Shown here piece after piece: positions 60,310 through 64,000 of a DNA stretch of 64,000 bases. How positions within the stretch are numbered: the first letter of the stretch is position 1; each line of letters opens with the position of its first letter. The stretch comes from a bacterium (GTDB lineage: Bacteria; Patescibacteriota; Patescibacteriia; JAACEG01; JAGUWE01), in NCBI GenBank assembly GCA_043798995.1, contig JAZDOD010000011.1, positions 4,737 to 68,736 of the forward strand. The letters run 5' to 3'. The position numbers and the translations under genes are program-made. Under the pieces are notes generated by a model. It searched no databases. It had not been told where the DNA came from and was given only the letters and a program-made list of their open reading frames with translations.

Positions 60310-63300
60310 ATGGACAACAAAACATTCAAAGTCAAAATGCTGGTTGTTTTTGCCATCACGGCAATTACTTTGCAACTTGGCATTTTTAGTATTCAAGCTT
60401 TTGCTCAAGAAGCAGATGCGCCAACCGAAGCGGTTGAGGCCGCAACGGAACCGGCTGTAGAGCCAGCACCCGCCACCGAAGGTGTCGAGGCGATGCCCGC
60501 CACCGAAGGTGTCGAGGCAACGCCGGCTATAGAAGAAACTGCCTTGGCAGCCGAAGAGGCTGCTCCGACAGAAGAACCCGCCTCCGATGGAGTCGAGGCA
60601 GGGCTTAATTATTGTCCGGTAAATCCTGAAATCACTACTGCCGCTGCCAGCGAACCAGCTCCCGCTCCGGTTTTAACAACTGACAAAGCTGATTACGCTC
60701 CTACAGAAAAAGTCACCATTTTCGGCAGACTATTTCAAGCTTTGCAAAATTTAATTTTAAGAATTGTCGGCGGCTTTCCAGATGGGAGCCAGCAAGTGAC
60801 CCATGAAGACACGGTTACTACCGACGACCAAGGCGCTTTTACTTATGAATACCAACTGGACGGCACCTACCGCCCGGATTATACCGTTACCGCCAGCAGC
60901 GAAGCCGGCGAAGAATTGGCGAGAACGACCTTTACGGATCCTCCCGCCGGATTTAATCCTTCAGTTTCAATTGATCAATGTGCAAACGGTGGTATCGGTA
61001 ATACTCCCGAAAGCTGTGCAACCAAACCGCCTCTTTCAAATGCCACTTATCAATCAGGTAATGTTAATGGGCAAAAAGCTCATTGGCAAGAAGGAGATGT
61101 ATTGCCGTATAGAGCTGTTTTAAAAGATTTAGCCGCTGGGATTAACAGAGTAACTTTTAGTTTTGATACTGCTAAAGGTAGCGAAATGAAACATGCAATA
61201 GATTATCTTGCTAGTTTTGATTATACCGAAACAACAGGCCCAGCAACGCCAAATCATGCAAATCAGAATAATCCTTGTGCCGATACAATCGTCGGATGCA
61301 ATCCGGCAGCTCCGACCGCGACAGCAAATATAAATGTTCCAAGTTATTTTACAACAGGATATCCAATAGCATGTGCTAATGGAGCTTGGGCTGGTGGTAA
61401 TCCAATTGCTAATCAGCAAATCAAAGCCTGGGGTAATATAGATTCTTCAATGATTCTCACTTATCCTGATGGCGGGATTCCAACTTCCGGTGATTGTTCT
61501 CCAAGATTCACAATTGAGTTTAATGTAACAGTCGCGCATTCAGATGTAGTTATCGCTTGGGGCGGACACGTAGCGGCAAATCAAGATCCCGGAGCCGGAG
61601 GTTATTGGGGTACAGGAAATGCCGTACCAACTGGATCACCTTATCATATGCATGCAGGGTTTCCCCAGGAAAGTCCTAGCGGGACATTTTATCAAGTAGG
61701 CAATCAAGATTTACAGCTTGCCTCTTCTGCCATATCCGCACCTGGTTCAATCGTCATTATTAAAAATACTGTAGGCGGTGATAATACATTTAATTATACG
61801 GCAACTGGTGGAGGAATAACTTCGCCTTTTTCTATCACGACTAGCGGCGGAGCTAATAGCGTAACTTTTGGCAGTTTAGCAACCGGAGCCGCTGGCGGAA
61901 GTCGTAGCATTACAGAAAATACTCAACCAAGCGGTTGGGGATTTACAAGTCTTTCATGCCAGGTTACGGTCGCAGGTGATGGAACAACAGCATATTCTAT
62001 AACAGGACCGACCGTTAACGTAACAAATTTAGGAGGCGGCGCTTCTTTAACCTGTACTTATACTAACACACTTCAAACAGGTCATGTTATTATCGTCAAA
62101 GATGCAATTCCTAATGATGCCCAAAATTTTGCATTCGCGAATAACTTCGGAAATGGAAATCCAGCATCATTTAATTTAGATGATGATGCCGACGGCACTT
62201 TGTCTAACTCCAGAGATTCCGAAGTCTTAGCTGGTACTTATGCCGTTTCCGAAACCGTTCCATCCGGCTGGGATCTTACTTCTGCCACTTGTGATCATGG
62301 CACAATTGGAGCTATACAAGTTTTAGCCGGACAGACAACTACCTGCACTTTTACCAACACCAAGCGTGGTTCAATTACTATTATCAAAAATACAATTGGT
62401 GGTGACGGAACATTTAATTACACCAGTAATTTTGGTGTAAGTTCGTTAACTACCAGTGGCGGCACTGCTTCGCAAACTGTTAATGATTTAGTTCCAGGAA
62501 GCGGTTATAGTATTTCAGAAACCGTTCCAGCTGGTTGGGATCTAACCAGCGCAACCTGCGATCACGGTACGATTGGCGCTATACAAGTTTTAGCCGGACA
62601 AACAACTACCTGTACCTTCACCAATACCAAACGCGGACATATTATTGTTGATAAAGTAACCGATCCGTCTGGCGATCCGCAAAGCTTTGCCTTTACCACA
62701 ACCGGTTCTGGCTATAACGGTTTTTCATTAACTGATGCCGCAGCCCCGAACAACCAAGAAGTTGCACCAGGCGCTTATTCGGTTGCCGAATCTGTTCCTG
62801 CCGGCTGGGATCTGACTTCTGCCACTTGCGATATGGGCGAGACGCCCGCGAGTTTAGATGTCGAGCCTGGCGAAACAGTAACTTGTACCTTTACCAACCA
62901 AAAAGACGCCATTATAATTATTGAAAAGCAGACCTTGCCAGATGGTGATTCACAAGTTTTTGACTTTGACTTAAGTTACGGGGATGGCGATGCTGACTTG
63001 TCTGACGGCCAAACTGATAACTCCGGTGATTTAGATCCGGGTACCTATTCGGCTTGGGAAAACGTTCCTGCCGGTTGGGACTTTACTTCCGCTGTTTGCA
63101 GCGATCAAAGCCCCGTAGGAGCTATATCTTTACAGGCCGGTGAAACAGTCACTTGTGTCTTCACCAACACCAAGCGCGGACATATTATCGTTGATAAAGT
63201 AACCATTGGCGGAGATGCCACTTTCTCGTTTGACGCCAGCGGCGGAACAGATCCAGCTTATGCTAATTTCACTCTTACCGGCGCACAAACGCCTAATAAT

Positions 63301-64000
63301 CAAGAATTAAAACCAGGATCTTATTCCGTATCCGAAGGCGCATTGGCCGGTTGGGATTTAACTAACACAGTTTGCGTCAGTTCAATTGGCGACACGGAAA
63401 CCGCCGGCAGCTTAGAATTAGACGCTGGCGAGACCGTTACCTATACCTTCACTAATACCAAGAAACCAACCTTAACAGTAAATAAAGTTTTAGTTCCCTC
63501 AAGTGATAATGGTTTATTCAATTTACAAATAGATAGTTCTACTGCCGGTACCGGCGCAAATGTCGGTGATGGTGGAACAACCGGAGCGGTAGAAGTGACA
63601 ATCGGCGCTCACACCGTTGGCGAAACCGCCGGCACCGGTACTGATTTATCACACTATGTAACCGTAATCAGTGGTGACTGTGCCGCTGACGGAACCGTAA
63701 GTTTAGCTGCCGGTGAAAACAAGACCTGCACTATTACCAATACTAGAAAAGGCAGCATCACAATTAAGAAGGTCACAGTTGGCGGTGATGCCAGCTTTAC
63801 CTTTACCGGTGATGTGGCCGGTTCATTAAGTAATAATCAAACAGCTACAGCTCAAGTTGTGCCCGGTACTTATCATTCAACTGAAACCGTACTTACTGGC
63901 TGGGATTTAACGAATATTACTTGCAACGATTCTGACAGTTCTGGCGTAATTAGTACTGGCGTTGCTACCTTTAATGTGGCAGCCGGTGAGGATGTCACGT
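60310..64000 (+). CDS. Large secreted surface protein with tandem prealbumin/SpaA-like Ig repeats (3' truncated; not in ORF track)
   Basis: MDNKTFKVKMLVVFAITAITLQLGIFSIQAFA signal peptide, A/E/P-rich linker, repeated SETVPAGWDLTSATC...TCTFTNTKRG.I.I.K units; frame checked at several points and appears open to the window end. Confidence 0.9.
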   Translation, partial: MDNKTFKVKMLVVFAITAITLQLGIFSIQAFAQEADAPTEAVEAATEPAVEPAPATEGVEAMPATEGVEATPAIEETALAAEEAAPTEEPASDGVEAGLNYCPVNPEITTAAASEPAPAPVLTTDKADYAPTEKVTIFGRLFQALQNLILRIVGGFPDGSQQVTHEDTVTTDDQGAFTYEYQLDGTYRPDYTVTASSEAGEELARTTFTDPPAGFNPSVSIDQCANGGIGNTPESCATKPPLSNATYQSGNVNGQKAHWQEGDVLPYRAVLKDLAAGINRVTFSFDTAKGSEMKHAIDYLASFDYTETTGPATPNHANQNNPCADTIVGCNPAAPTATANINVPSYFTTGYPIACANGAWAGGNPIANQQIKAWGNIDSSMILTYPDGGIPTSGDCSPRFTIEFNVTVAHSDVVIAWGGHVAANQDPGAGGYWGTGNAVPTGSPYHMHAGFPQESPSGTFYQVGNQDLQLASSAISAPGSIVIIKNTVGGDNTFNYTATGGGITSPFSITTSGGANSVTFGSLATGAAGGSRSITENTQPSGWGFTSLSCQVTVAGDGTTAYSITGPTVNVTNLGGGASLTCTYTNTLQTGHVIIVKDAIPNDAQNFAFANNFGNGNPASFNLDDDADGTLSNSRDSEVLAGTYAVSETVPSGWDLTSATCDHGTIGAIQVLAGQTTTCTFTNTKRGSITIIKNTIGGDGTFNYTSNFGVSSLTTSGGTASQTVNDLVPGSGYSISETVPAGWDLTSATCDHGTIGAIQVLAGQTTTCTFTNTKRGHIIVDKVTDPSGDPQSFAFTTTGSGYNGFSLTDAAAPNNQEVAPGAYSVAESVPAGWDLTSATCDMGETPASLDVEPGETVTCTFTNQKDAIIIIEKQTLPDGDSQVFDFDLSYGDGDADLSDGQTDNSGDLDPGTYSAWENVPAGWDFTSAVCSDQSPVGAISLQAGETVTCVFTNTKRGHIIVDKVTIGGDATFSFDASGGTDPAYANFTLTGAQTPNNQELKPGSYSVSEGALAGWDLTNTVCVSSIGDTETAGSLELDAGETVTYTFTNTKKPTLTVNKVLVPSSDNGLFNLQIDSSTAGTGANVGDGGTTGAVEVTIGAHTVGETAGTGTDLSHYVTVISGDCAADGTVSLAAGENKTCTITNTRKGSITIKKVTVGGDASFTFTGDVAGSLSNNQTATAQVVPGTYHSTETVLTGWDLTNITCNDSDSSGVISTGVATFNVAAGEDVT

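Noticed and set aside
60803-61419. ORF-track calls of 106 aa (+) and 96 aa (-)
   Set aside because: Shadow frames of the large CDS starting at 60310

Overview
AT-rich bacterial chromosome segment, most likely from a Patescibacteria (CPR, Parcubacteria/ABY1-like) genome. This is an inference from gene content, SD-less housekeeping genes and CPR-type repeats. The backbone is housekeeping: pheS/pheT, dnaE, thrS, miaB/miaA, gatB, thyA-folA-tmk, secE-nusG-rplK-rplA, gyrB, rodA, a Clp ATPase, ychF, a Cu ATPase, mnmA, alaS, tRNA-Ser and tRNA-Gln, a type IV pilus operon, hicBA, and a large secreted repeat protein that runs off the end and is absent from the ORF track. Four unusual layers sit on this backbone. 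(1) Four stand-alone GIY-YIG nuclease genes look mobile. Two sit inside GTCA...TGAC palindrome doublets whose empty copies are scattered through the window. Two sit at tRNA genes next to duplicated tRNA fragments whose loops are filled with nested palindromes. Related palindromes occur in frame in at least six essential genes. (2) Two paralogous leader-peptide attenuators (Phe5 versus Leu6, with covarying 1:2/2:3/3:4 stems) control small orphan ORFs. (3) A minimal Thr-type T-box is separated from thrS by an antisense cassette. (4) Several DnaA-box-linked promoters precede unannotated structured RNAs. All calls were made by eye; no searches were run.
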